From positions 3,641 through 67,640 of the forward strand of contig JAJDCA010000003.1 of NCBI GenBank assembly GCA_029261055.1: a stretch of DNA of 64,000 bases, in the 5' to 3' direction. Below are positions 26,976-36,653 of the stretch, piece after piece. A model generated the notes under the pieces. That model did no database searches, was not told where the DNA came from, and was given only the letters and a program-made list of their open reading frames with translations. The position numbers were made by a program, and so were the translations under genes. The stretch's first letter is position 1; each line of letters opens with the position of its first letter. This DNA comes from Candidatus Omnitrophota bacterium. Its GTDB lineage: Bacteria > Omnitrophota > Gorgyraeia > Zapsychrales > Zapsychraceae.

Positions 26976-27781
26976 TTTAATTTTTCGACTAAGTCATAAG
27001 GGATTTTAATTTTTCCAACGTAGGTGTGTTTTTTTGCCGAGCCATGGGCGTCAGATCCACCTGTGATAGTGATGTTGTGTTTTTTAGCCAGACCGGCATA
27101 AAAATCAATAACATTAGGTGAAGTATTAGGATAAAGTACTTCAATTCCTCCAAGACCGGCGGCAACAAAACTGGGAATCAATTCATCTACACACGTTAGC
27201 ATGGGATGTGCAAGGACAGCTACACCACCCGCCTCTTTGATTAATTGGATGGCTTCTTGCGGTGTTTGTTTAAATTTAGGTGCAAAGGCAGGGGCATCAT
27301 CTGCTAGGTATTTGTTAAAGGCTTCTTTGAAATTAGATATCCATCCTTTTTTAAGGAGAATGGCGGCAAGATGTGGACGACCAACAGCGTCAGATTTAGC
27401 TAAGGCACAAACTTCCTCAATATTGATATTATCAACCCCAAGTGTTTTTAGTTTTGCGATCATTTCTTTCATGCGCTCAAAACGCGTACTTTGCATCTGG
27501 GTCAGTTGTTTAAGCAAAAATGGGCTTTTATAATCAAATAAATAACCAAGGATATGGACATCTTTTCCGTTAATTTCTGACGAAAGTTCAATGGCAGGAA
27601 TCACTTCAATGTCATATTTCTTTGCCGCTTCAATCGTTGGTTGGATGCCGTCTACCGTATCATGATCGGCAATAGCGATGCAATTAAGGTCGTTTTTGTA
27701 GGCATCTTCAATAACTTCTTGTGGAGACGATGTGCTATCAGAAAAATGGGTGTGAATGTGAAGATCAGCTGTTTTATTCAT
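26951..27781 (-). CDS. PHP-domain phosphoesterase
   Basis: DLHIHTHFSD...HDT..G matches the PHP metal-binding motifs. Confidence 0.8.
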   Translation of the reverse strand: MNKTADLHIHTHFSDSTSSPQEVIEDAYKNDLNCIAIADHDTVDGIQPTIEAAKKYDIEVIPAIELSSEINGKDVHILGYLFDYKSPFLLKQLTQMQSTRFERMKEMIAKLKTLGVDNINIEEVCALAKSDAVGRPHLAAILLKKGWISNFKEAFNKYLADDAPAFAPKFKQTPQEAIQLIKEAGGVAVLAHPMLTCVDELIPSFVAAGLGGIEVLYPNTSPNVIDFYAGLAKKHNITITGGSDAHGSAKKHTYVGKIKIPYDLVEKLKCYNTSTT

Positions 27782-28214
27782 CTTTATTTTCTGTCTTATT
27801 TGTTGATGTTAATTCAGATTTATGGATTTTATCTAAAACGCCATTAATAAATTTTCCGGAATCAACATCTCCATATTTTTTAGCTAAATCGACAGCTTCA
27901 TTAATGGTGACTTTTGGTGGAATATCAGAGGCATGTAGCAATTCAAAGACACCAATTCTTAGAACATTGCGGTCAATGACGGCCATGCGTTTGATTTGCC
28001 AGTTGGTGGCGTATTGGACGAGTTTTTCATCAATATTTGTGAGGTTTTTTTCAATGCCGGAAGTTAAACGTAGGGTAAATTCATGGACATTTTTGTCAAT
28101 AGAATCTTGCTCTTCCCAATAGGTTTTAGCCGCGGTATGAATTTCCCGGCGGGTTATTTCTGATTGGTAAAGAATTTTCAAAGCACATTCACGGCCAAGC
28201 GTTCGTTTTCTCAT
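27774..28214 (-). CDS. nusB: transcription antitermination factor NusB
   Basis: NusB fold motifs (REC.L..LYQ, DR..L..A..EL). Confidence 0.85.
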   Translation of the reverse strand: MRKRTLGRECALKILYQSEITRREIHTAAKTYWEEQDSIDKNVHEFTLRLTSGIEKNLTNIDEKLVQYATNWQIKRMAVIDRNVLRIGVFELLHASDIPPKVTINEAVDLAKKYGDVDSGKFINGVLDKIHKSELTSTNKTENKDE

Positions 28215-28675
28215 GATGAAATATTGTTGATCAAATTGATCATATCAATGGCTGCTGTTGCGGCATCTCTTCCCTTATTGTCCCCTTTTTCCTCTGAGCG
28301 GGCATAGGCTTGATTAACGGTTTCTGTTGATAACACGCCCAGGATAATGGGTTTCTTAGTCATAAGGGATACTTGCGCAATACCGCGGGCTGATTCTTGG
28401 GCAACTAACTCAAAGTGAAAAGTTTCTCCACGAATCACACAGCCTAAGCATATGACAGCATCGATATTACGTTTCTTGGCTAAGTGAAGAGCTGCGACTG
28501 GGATTTCAAAAGCTCCTGGTACCCAAACGGTGGTAATATTTTTACCTTTGATTCCTAAAGAATTTAATTCATCCAAACATCCTTCTAAAAGCCGCTCTGT
28601 AATAAATTCATTAAATTTGGATGCAACAATAGCGATTTTCTTAATTTTGGACTTCTTTTTGGTAGGGGTTGCCAT
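28211..28675 (-). CDS. ribH: 6,7-dimethyl-8-ribityllumazine synthase
   Basis: IAIVASKFN..I...L..G....L...G.....ITTVWVPGAFE.P. Confidence 0.9.
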   Translation of the reverse strand: MATPTKKKSKIKKIAIVASKFNEFITERLLEGCLDELNSLGIKGKNITTVWVPGAFEIPVAALHLAKKRNIDAVICLGCVIRGETFHFELVAQESARGIAQVSLMTKKPIILGVLSTETVNQAYARSEEKGDNKGRDAATAAIDMINLINNISS

Positions 28676-29875
28676 TTAAAGAATATGCCCTAACTTATCC
28701 TTTTTTGTTTTTAGATAATCCTTATTGACGGAGTTATGTGGAATTTTTAGAGGGACACGTTCACTAACCGTTAATCCATATCCTTCGAGGCCAACAATTT
28801 TTCTGGGATTATTGGTTAAAAGTTTGATATTTTTAACGCCTGTTTCTACAAGAATTTGGGCCCCTAAGCCATAATGGCGTAGATCCGGTGAAAACCCTAA
28901 AGCTTTGTTAGCTTCGACAGTATCCAGTCCTTCATCTTGGAGGTTATAAGCTTTGAGCTTATTGATAAGCCCAATTCCCCGGCCTTCTTGACGCATGTAG
29001 ACGAGAACACCACTTTCGCTTTTACCAATAGCTTTTAATGAGTTTTCCAATTGAGCATTGCAGTCACATCTTTGCGAATGAAAAACATCCCCAGTGAGAC
29101 ATTCCGATTGAACGCGAACTAGAGTTGGTTGTTCAGGATCAATTTTTCCTTTGACGAGGACAATATGCTCGAGATTATCAATAAGTGAACGATAGGCAAT
29201 CATGTTAAATTCACCATACTCAGTTGGCAAACGTGTCTCGACAACTCGTTCAATCAATTTTTCGTAAGTGCGTTTATATTCAATAAGACTATCAATTGTA
29301 CAAATTTTTAGATTTTGTTTTTTTGCGAAGATTTTTAAATCATCTGTTCTAGCCATGGTCCCGTCTTCGTTCATAATTTCACAAATAACACCGGCAGGAA
29401 AAAGTCCTGCGAGTCTAGTGAGATCTACAGAAGCTTCTGTGTGACCAGCGCGAACAAGAACACCACCCTTCATAGCGCGAAGAGGAAATAAATGTCCAGG
29501 GGTTATAAGGTCAGCTAGTTTGGCTTTAGGATCAATAAGAGTTTTAACGGTTTGGGAGCGGTCGGACGCAGAAATTCCAGTGGTAACGCCTTTTGCCGCA
29601 TCAACAGAAATGGCCCATCCGGTATCACATTTTTGATGTTTGCTGGGAAAATTAACTTTCATTGGGTGAAGATCCAGGGCATCAAGTCTGCCTTCTTCCA
29701 TTGGGACGCAGATCAAACCACGAGCTTCTTTGGCCATAAAATTTATTATTTCCGGGGTAATAAATTCGGCTGCACATAATAAATCACCTTCATTTTCGCG
29801 ACCTTCATCATCCATAACAATGACCATTTTTCCCTGCTTTAAATCTTCTAAAATTTCTTCAATTTTGTTAAACAT
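28676..29875 (-). CDS. ribBA: bifunctional DHBP synthase / GTP cyclohydrolase II
   Basis: RENEGDL (RibB) and the C(x)2C...C zinc motif of RibA ([14 protein letters not shown]). Confidence 0.9.
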   Translation of the reverse strand: MFNKIEEILEDLKQGKMVIVMDDEGRENEGDLLCAAEFITPEIINFMAKEARGLICVPMEEGRLDALDLHPMKVNFPSKHQKCDTGWAISVDAAKGVTTGISASDRSQTVKTLIDPKAKLADLITPGHLFPLRAMKGGVLVRAGHTEASVDLTRLAGLFPAGVICEIMNEDGTMARTDDLKIFAKKQNLKICTIDSLIEYKRTYEKLIERVVETRLPTEYGEFNMIAYRSLIDNLEHIVLVKGKIDPEQPTLVRVQSECLTGDVFHSQRCDCNAQLENSLKAIGKSESGVLVYMRQEGRGIGLINKLKAYNLQDEGLDTVEANKALGFSPDLRHYGLGAQILVETGVKNIKLLTNNPRKIVGLEGYGLTVSERVPLKIPHNSVNKDYLKTKKDKLGHIL

Positions 29876-29970
29876 AAAATACCTTTTTTTGATGATAAGT
29901 TATTGTTTTTTAAATAATTTCCGGTTAATATATGCAAAAAGTAATGGATTGTCAAGGAGGGATTATATTG

Positions 29971-30438
29971 ATGAAAATTGAAGAAAAAATTGCACAAGCT
30001 TTGGTTGTTCAGAAAAAAACACTTGGGGTTGCAGAGTCATGCACAGGAGGACTTCTCTCCCATCGGCTTACCAATATTCCTGGGTGTTCAGACTTTCTTA
30101 AATTAGGGGTGGTGGCGTATAGCAACGAAGCCAAAATTAAATGCCTTAAAGTTTCGCAAGAGGATCTTAAAAAACATGGATCCGTTAGTGAGGAAGTTGC
30201 CATGGCTATGGCCAGTGGTGTACGGCAATTAGCCAAAACTGGGTTTGGTATTGGAATTACTGGTATCGCCGGCCCTACAGGCGGGACTAAAAAAAAGTCA
30301 GTGGGATTAGTCTACATTGCCGTAAATACTAAGGATGAGACTCTTTGTCTAAAATGTCAATTTGAAGGCACGCGATCTAGTATTAAATCGCAATCCAGCA
30401 CGCAGGCATTATATTTACTTTTAGAATTTTTATTATAA
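29971..30438 (+). CDS. CinA C-terminal domain / nicotinamide-nucleotide amidohydrolase PncC-like
   Basis: LGVAESCTGGLLS...ITGIAGP CinA signature. The ATG at 29971 follows AAGGAGGG. Confidence 0.8.
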   Translation: MKIEEKIAQALVVQKKTLGVAESCTGGLLSHRLTNIPGCSDFLKLGVVAYSNEAKIKCLKVSQEDLKKHGSVSEEVAMAMASGVRQLAKTGFGIGITGIAGPTGGTKKKSVGLVYIAVNTKDETLCLKCQFEGTRSSIKSQSSTQALYLLLEFLL

Positions 30439-30449
30439 TTTAAAAAATT

Positions 30450-31208
30450 ATGTCCAAACATCCCGTATCTTTTCAAAATCATGAAATCAATTTTAAAATT
30501 ATTGCCTTTGCAATGGTTTGTTTTGTTTTATGTTTAACGATATTTTTATTTTTACAGGGATATATTTTTCATTTTTCAATTGCAACCTTTATACTTAAAT
30601 TCAAACAAAGTTTATATTATCCTCATTACAATCAAATTCCGTTTGGGACGGTTAACGATGTAAATATTCAATATGTATTTATGTGTTTTGTATTTTCAAC
30701 AATTCTTATTTCAGGCATTATTTTAAAAGTTTTTAGCCATTTCAAACCAAGAAAATTTAACATTTCCTTTGCGCCTATTATGGCAAGCATCGGGATTATA
30801 AGTCTTGTCTTCCTTGCCGGTGTTCAGCAAATAAGACGAACAGAACATCTTACGTATAAAAAGAAAATGTTTGATGATAAAACAGATGCTGAAAAAAATA
30901 AGATGATTTTTGGTTCAAAATATGAATTTGCGAGGATTTCACAAAAATTCTTTTTACGATCACATCAGGGGAAATTACTAACCGATCTTGATGTTGGAAA
31001 GAGTCCGAGCATGTTTTACCATAGGGTATTGTCGTATTATTTATATCCTAAAGTTTCTGTACGCATTAAGAATAACTATCCGGAAGATGTCCTTATTCTA
31101 TTTTTTAAGAAAAATGCATTAGAAAGTATTCCCGACAATTATCAGATTTTATTTAAGAGTGAAAATAATAATTATATTTTAGCGGCTAAGAACTCAATCC
31201 AGAGATAA
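30450..31208 (+). CDS. hypothetical membrane protein (4 TM + soluble C-terminal domain)
   Basis: Hydrophobic helices. It is coupled to the downstream polytopic membrane protein. Confidence 0.4.
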   Translation: MSKHPVSFQNHEINFKIIAFAMVCFVLCLTIFLFLQGYIFHFSIATFILKFKQSLYYPHYNQIPFGTVNDVNIQYVFMCFVFSTILISGIILKVFSHFKPRKFNISFAPIMASIGIISLVFLAGVQQIRRTEHLTYKKKMFDDKTDAEKNKMIFGSKYEFARISQKFFLRSHQGKLLTDLDVGKSPSMFYHRVLSYYLYPKVSVRIKNNYPEDVLILFFKKNALESIPDNYQILFKSENNNYILAAKNSIQR

Positions 31209-31222
31209 GCAATTGTCCTAAC

Positions 31223-32629
31223 ATGTTAGAATTTAAATTAATCACAAGTTTACTTATTCCGTTGGCCATTGGATATGCGGTTATTTTATTCATATCGCGA
31301 AATCAAATAATGCCGATATTCTTACGACTAGCCCTTTCTTATGGCATGGGGATGGGGATATTAGCTTTTTGGATGATGCTATTAGGGATGTTTGGGCAAA
31401 CTTTTAATCTATGGACCGTAGGAGGCCCTCTTTTAGGAATAGCACTGATTTTAGTTTTATTTTTATTTATTTCTCAAAAAAATGAAATGAAATATGATGA
31501 CGATATAACGTATTTAAATGAAATATCTTCATCAAGGAATGAATCTTTAATGTCTAAAGGTTTGAAATGGTTATTTTTATTTGTCATGATTATGTATATT
31601 TTTCACAATATTTTTTATGTTTTTTGGCATGCAATGAATGTTCCCATATCGACCTGGGATGCCATAGCAACGGTTGCCTTCAAAGCTAAAATTTTTTATT
31701 ATGAAAAATCTTTGCCTCCACTTAATTTTCTACCCCATAAAACCTACCCTCTTCTTGTTCCGTTACTCCAAACATGGGTTACTCTAAATTTAGAACAATG
31801 GAGTGATCAGTTGATTAAAATTATATTTCCGTGTGCATTTTTATCGTACCTATGTATTCAATATTATTTTTTGCGATTTTTCACCAATAAAGTGTGGGCT
31901 ATTTTAGGCTGCACGATTCTTCTCTCTTCTAATTTTTTTATTTATCATGCGACGATTTCATACCGAGACTTTTTTTTAATGTATTATAATTGCAGCACAA
32001 TTATGTTTTTACTTCTTTGGAGCGCCCATAAAGAAAAGAGTTTTTATTTGCTGATGGCTTCCTTCTTTGCTGGTTTTGCATCAATAACGAAATTAGAAGG
32101 AACAGCCTTTATGATGATTTATTTTTTTCTATTTTTACTTATTAATTTTTATTTTAAGGGTTCTTATGTCAAAAATAGATGGATAAATATGATAAGATTT
32201 ATTGTTCCTGTCATTACGATTTGGATTCCCTTCCATATATTTAAACTAGTCACGGGAGTTGTGAATAGTGATAAAACACAATTAGAGTTTTCTGTAGAAA
32301 AAATTTTATTGATTCCGCAAATTATATTAGGCTTTGCAAATAATTTATTTCTTTCAGGTAATTGGAATATTGTGTGGTGGGTAATGCTGATCAGTTTAAT
32401 TCATTGGGGACGGAAAAGAAAAAATATTGAAGTAAAATTAATTTCTTTGAGTATTATATTATTTTTTGCACTTTATGCCGCTGTCGCCTTGATGACGGCA
32501 AACTATACATGGATTGCCGGTGAAAATCGGATAACAGGTTTGTCTCGTCTTATTCTACATTTTTATCCTCTCTCTGTTCTTTTGATTGTTTTATTAAATT
32601 ATCCAGAACGCCCTAAATCAGTTGATTAA
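31223..32629 (+). CDS. polytopic membrane protein, possibly GT-C-fold (ArnT/PMT-like) glycosyltransferase
   Basis: About 11 predicted TM helices. It sits next to a Dpm1/ArnC-like GT2. The assignment rests only on architecture and context. Confidence 0.35.
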   Translation: MLEFKLITSLLIPLAIGYAVILFISRNQIMPIFLRLALSYGMGMGILAFWMMLLGMFGQTFNLWTVGGPLLGIALILVLFLFISQKNEMKYDDDITYLNEISSSRNESLMSKGLKWLFLFVMIMYIFHNIFYVFWHAMNVPISTWDAIATVAFKAKIFYYEKSLPPLNFLPHKTYPLLVPLLQTWVTLNLEQWSDQLIKIIFPCAFLSYLCIQYYFLRFFTNKVWAILGCTILLSSNFFIYHATISYRDFFLMYYNCSTIMFLLLWSAHKEKSFYLLMASFFAGFASITKLEGTAFMMIYFFLFLLINFYFKGSYVKNRWINMIRFIVPVITIWIPFHIFKLVTGVVNSDKTQLEFSVEKILLIPQIILGFANNLFLSGNWNIVWWVMLISLIHWGRKRKNIEVKLISLSIILFFALYAAVALMTANYTWIAGENRITGLSRLILHFYPLSVLLIVLLNYPERPKSVD

Positions 32630-33405
32630 ATTTTTTGTATTTCAATGGTGAAGAACATACCAAGCCATCGATGAAACGGGGATAATATAAGCTCGATGGC
32701 TTTGATTAAGGGGTAGGAAAATGACGGCACTAATTGTTTCATTGAGACCCCACCACTTAATAGATAACGAAATGGGGTGTGGTATTTGATTTTTGAGATT
32801 TTGAGAGATTCAAATTGGGCCTCAAGTTTTTCTTTGTCTCGACAAAAAATAATCCAGGGTAATGCTCCATTGGCTGATGAAAGTGGTCCATCCCCTTTTA
32901 TTTCCCATCCACCGGATGGATCAAAGTTTTCATGATGAAAGTTTTGGTAAATGAACCTTCCCCAGAGCGTATTGGCTGGTTCGAGCATTACAATTTTTCC
33001 ACCAGGTTTTAGACATCTAGATATTTCTTTTAAGATGGGAACGGGGTGTTTAAAGTGATGAAAAACATCCAGCATGAAAAAGGCATCAATAGAGCTATCC
33101 TTAAAAGGGATATGTTCTGCTGAAAAACATAAATCTGTATTGTGAAGAGGAAGTATGTCGGATGTCATTATTTGAGGGATAACTTTCTTTACAAACCCTC
33201 CCCCACTTCCCAACTCAACAAAAGTACCTTGAGGGTTTAAATAGAAGGATTTTTTAAATTGATTATAAAAATCAAGGTATAGTTTTTTTAGAAAAGGTTT
33301 TTGTTCAATTATTTTTTTGTGTAACTCTGTTGTGGAAGGATGATCGAGGTTTTCAATATTTTTTGTTTCAGGCAGTTTTAACCATTCTAAGATTTTTTGA
33401 AGCAT
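32626..33405 (-). CDS. class I SAM-dependent methyltransferase
   Basis: VELGSGGG motif I and a DAFFMLDVFHH.. post-I acidic motif. Confidence 0.8.
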   Translation of the reverse strand: MLQKILEWLKLPETKNIENLDHPSTTELHKKIIEQKPFLKKLYLDFYNQFKKSFYLNPQGTFVELGSGGGFVKKVIPQIMTSDILPLHNTDLCFSAEHIPFKDSSIDAFFMLDVFHHFKHPVPILKEISRCLKPGGKIVMLEPANTLWGRFIYQNFHHENFDPSGGWEIKGDGPLSSANGALPWIIFCRDKEKLEAQFESLKISKIKYHTPFRYLLSGGVSMKQLVPSFSYPLIKAIELILSPFHRWLGMFFTIEIQKI

Positions 33406-33424
33406 ATTTTTAGGAAGGATAATT

Positions 33425-34837
33425 TTAAATAAACTTTATTTTTCGCATAGCAAATACGGTCATTTTTAATAAAAGCCAGCCGTGGCGAAAGCGGCTGATT
33501 TGAGTAGACCCGTATGTTCTTGCGAGATAATGGACTGGAATTTCGACAATCTTGAGGTTGAGTTTAGCAGCGCCAAATAACAAGTCAAAATCTCCAAAAG
33601 GATCAAAATCTCCAAAATATTTACGCCCTTCGGTAATTTTTGTATAATCTTCACGCCATAAAACTTTTGTTCCACAAAGAGTATCTTTTAAATATTGTCC
33701 AAGAAGATACGTCAGAATGATGCTAAAGGTTTTGTTTGCCACGGTATTAAGAAATCGCATAGCCTGTTTTTCCATGTTGTAAACCAGACGGCTACCGTTG
33801 ATAAACTCTCCTTTTCCGGAAACAATGGCATTAAAGAAATCAGGTAAGCTTTCTGGTGGAACGGTGAGATCCGCATCCAATATCATAAGGACATCACCTC
33901 GTGCGGCAGAAAATCCTTCTCGTACGGCATCTCCTTTACCCTTTCCTTTTTGAACAAAGACATGGATATTTTTATCAGGATACGCATTTTTGACACGTTC
34001 ACATTCTTCACGAGTGCCGTCTTTTGAATGCCCTTCCACGAAGATAATCTCTGTATTTGTGCCCATTTTAGGCGTACGGAGAACGGCTTGTTCAATGTTA
34101 CCTTTTTCATTACGGCAAGGAACAATGACAGAACAGCTCACGTGTTCAGGGTTTTTTCTTTGTGTTGAAGGCTGGAATAGAAGAATATGGTGAAGAGCAA
34201 ATTTTCGAAAAAATGGCAAATAAACGATATATTTATTAAAAAAAGTAGAAAGCACCGGGATATTCAAGGGTAAAAGGATTTGTTGTTTTTGTGCAATAAT
34301 ATTGAATCCGGATACATATAAAAGATTTTTAAGATCGTTTGTGGAAAGCCAATGCTGTTTAGGCCATTTCATGCGTAGTTTCAGGAGTTCTGCGAGTTTG
34401 AGAATGGGTCTCCAGAGATATGTATGGTAAATGAGGATGATTTTTGTGTCTGGTCGGCATACTTTTTTTAATTCTGTAAACGCCTTTTGAAGATTATCAC
34501 AGTATCCAATCACATCGTGAATAATGACATAGTCAAAGGTTTCAAAAATGTTTAAGTTTTCTAAATCTCCAATTTGAAATTTGATATCCGGAGAGGTTTT
34601 TTGTGCTACCTCAATCATGTTTGGGCTAGAATCGATCCCAAGCCCATAACGGGGTTTTAAAGAGGTTATCAGTTCTCCTGTAAGGCACCCAATTTCCAGG
34701 ACAGAAGAATTATCAGGGATATGAAATTTGATATATTTTTCGGTTGTCCGATGATAATAGGAGGCTTTTTTTCGCCATTTTAATCTGAGGCTGGCAATAG
34801 AATCTGCAAAATTTTTTCTATTCTCTTTTGGTTGCAT
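33425..34837 (-). CDS. fusion protein: N-terminal SAM methyltransferase domain + C-terminal GT2 (Dpm1/ArnC-like polyprenyl-phosphate glycosyltransferase)
   Basis: LEIGCLTGE methyltransferase motif. The C-terminal half carries the GT2 motifs VIVPCRNE...DGT...ILDADL. Confidence 0.8.
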   Translation of the reverse strand: MQPKENRKNFADSIASLRLKWRKKASYYHRTTEKYIKFHIPDNSSVLEIGCLTGELITSLKPRYGLGIDSSPNMIEVAQKTSPDIKFQIGDLENLNIFETFDYVIIHDVIGYCDNLQKAFTELKKVCRPDTKIILIYHTYLWRPILKLAELLKLRMKWPKQHWLSTNDLKNLLYVSGFNIIAQKQQILLPLNIPVLSTFFNKYIVYLPFFRKFALHHILLFQPSTQRKNPEHVSCSVIVPCRNEKGNIEQAVLRTPKMGTNTEIIFVEGHSKDGTREECERVKNAYPDKNIHVFVQKGKGKGDAVREGFSAARGDVLMILDADLTVPPESLPDFFNAIVSGKGEFINGSRLVYNMEKQAMRFLNTVANKTFSIILTYLLGQYLKDTLCGTKVLWREDYTKITEGRKYFGDFDPFGDFDLLFGAAKLNLKIVEIPVHYLARTYGSTQISRFRHGWLLLKMTVFAMRKIKFI

Positions 34838-34848
34838 TAGAAATTTCT

Positions 34849-35631
34849 TTAGCGTCGACTATTCAGTTTGGCTAATAATCGAAGGATTTCAATGTAAAGC
34901 CAGACAAGTGTGACCATAAGGCCGAAGGCCGCATACCATTCCATATATTTGGGGAGTCCCATTTCAGATCCGTGCTCAATAAAGTCAAAGTCTAAAACAA
35001 GATTTAAGGCTGCAATAGTTACGACCACCAGACTAAAGCCGATACCGATCGGTCCGCTTGAGTGAATCATGGGGATGGATGCGCCAAAGAATCCCATGAT
35101 CATACTGACAAAATAAATTACACAAATAGCGCCTGTTGCAGCCACAACGCCCAGCTTAAAATTTTCCGTCGCTTTAATCAGTCCGGACTTGTAGGCAGCG
35201 AGAAGGCAAAATAATGTGCCGAATGTTAGAGATACAGCTTGGATAACGATGCCTGGAAATTTAATTTCAAAGATTGCAGATATGCCACCGATAAAGCATC
35301 CTTCACAAAGAGCGTAAATCGGAGCGGTTATCGGAGCCCATTCTTTTTTAAAGATAGTGATCAGAGCCATGATAGCCCCTGCAATGACGCCAAACCATAA
35401 AAATGGCATAACAGCTCCAGCAGATCTTGAAACTGTGCCGGGGAATCCTTCTAATGTTGTCATGGGTTGCATAACTTTGCTCCACACCCAGGAGGCTGTA
35501 ATCAATAAAAGAAAGAGCAAAATAAAAGATTTGTTCACGGTTCCCTGGAGCGACATGCTCCCCCCTACTCCGCAACTACGGGCTTGTTCAAATGCTTTGG
35601 CATTTAAGGCCGGGTTAGCTGTTCTCATCAT
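34849..35631 (-). CDS. 7-TM membrane protein, Bax-inhibitor-1/YccA-like
   Basis: Seven hydrophobic helices with a charged C-terminus (LAKLNSRR). The family assignment is tentative. Confidence 0.45.
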   Translation of the reverse strand: MMRTANPALNAKAFEQARSCGVGGSMSLQGTVNKSFILLFLLLITASWVWSKVMQPMTTLEGFPGTVSRSAGAVMPFLWFGVIAGAIMALITIFKKEWAPITAPIYALCEGCFIGGISAIFEIKFPGIVIQAVSLTFGTLFCLLAAYKSGLIKATENFKLGVVAATGAICVIYFVSMIMGFFGASIPMIHSSGPIGIGFSLVVVTIAALNLVLDFDFIEHGSEMGLPKYMEWYAAFGLMVTLVWLYIEILRLLAKLNSRR

Positions 35632-35647
35632 AATTTTTTCTCCTATT

Positions 35648-36115
35648 TTAAATTATTCCTGCCCAACGAATAGCAATGTGCATAACGATATTGGTGTATA
35701 AACCGGCGACGAGGTCATCGGCCATAATACCCATAGCACCACCCTGGGCTTCCAGTTTATTGGCTGGATAAATTTTAAACATATCAAAGGCTCGCCATAA
35801 AAAGAATGTTGTGACAACAACAGCCGGCGTAATCGGTAAGGCCCAGAAGGCAATACAAACACCGGCCACTTCGTCAATGGTGACACATCCAGGATCTTTT
35901 TTCTTTTCAATTTCTTCCATTCTCCCACACACCATAAATCCGATAGCGGTTGTAACAATAAAAAATAAGATATACAAAATAGGATGATCACGCAAGCCCA
36001 GACAAATAAGCGCTGCTACGATACTCGTTGTGGTTCCAGGGGCTATAGGGAAATAGCCATTGTAGAAAAATGTAGAAAGCAATTTAACGTGTTTGTCGGA
36101 AAGTGTTCCAGACAT
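35648..36115 (-). CDS. pgpA: phosphatidylglycerophosphatase A
   Basis: DPGCVTIDEVAG and FDMFKIYP...GG.GIM.DD..AG match the PgpA motifs. Confidence 0.8.
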   Translation of the reverse strand: MSGTLSDKHVKLLSTFFYNGYFPIAPGTTTSIVAALICLGLRDHPILYILFFIVTTAIGFMVCGRMEEIEKKKDPGCVTIDEVAGVCIAFWALPITPAVVVTTFFLWRAFDMFKIYPANKLEAQGGAMGIMADDLVAGLYTNIVMHIAIRWAGII

Positions 36116-36653
36116 AAGTTCCTCCTGAAATGAGTGTTAATCCAACGGCGAAGAGCATGATTGTATAAATGCCGTAGGATAACCCGCCCATAAGTTTGGC
36201 AAGCCAATGACCGGGCAGTTGAGATTCGCTTAAAATAATGTAAGTAAGAATTATGCCGATGGCTGCAATTTGGAGTACAGTTTTATATTTGCCAAGCTTT
36301 TCCGCCGCTAATACACTCCCTTTTTTCATCGCGATGAATCGCCAGATGGTAATGCCTACCTCTCTGATAAAAATAATCCAAAACATCCATGCTGCAATAA
36401 TATGCATTTGCATAAAAAGAAAAAAAGCAGACAACATTAAAAATTTATCAGCAATTGGATCCATGATTTTTCCAAAACATGTAATTAAGTTATGTTTTCT
36501 GGCGTAGTAGCCATCATAAAAATCTGTTAATGAAGCGAGAACAAAAATTAAGCTTGCATAAGCTTTAGCCCCTATGCCTTCTTGTCCCATCAAATAGATG
36601 AAGAGGAATGTCAAAAAAATACGTATCACTGTTAGGGTATTTGGCAGGTTCAT
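36084..36653 (-). CDS. pgsA: CDP-diacylglycerol--glycerol-3-phosphate 3-phosphatidyltransferase
   Basis: CDP-alcohol phosphatidyltransferase motif DFYDGYYARK...G...DPIADK. Confidence 0.85.
   Translation of the reverse strand: MNLPNTLTVIRIFLTFLFIYLMGQEGIGAKAYASLIFVLASLTDFYDGYYARKHNLITCFGKIMDPIADKFLMLSAFFLFMQMHIIAAWMFWIIFIREVGITIWRFIAMKKGSVLAAEKLGKYKTVLQIAAIGIILTYIILSESQLPGHWLAKLMGGLSYGIYTIMLFAVGLTLISGGTYVWNTFRQTR

Noticed and set aside
29876-29970. Possible FMN riboswitch upstream of ribBA
   Set aside because: The gap is only about 95 bp, and the conserved FMN-element motifs are absent.
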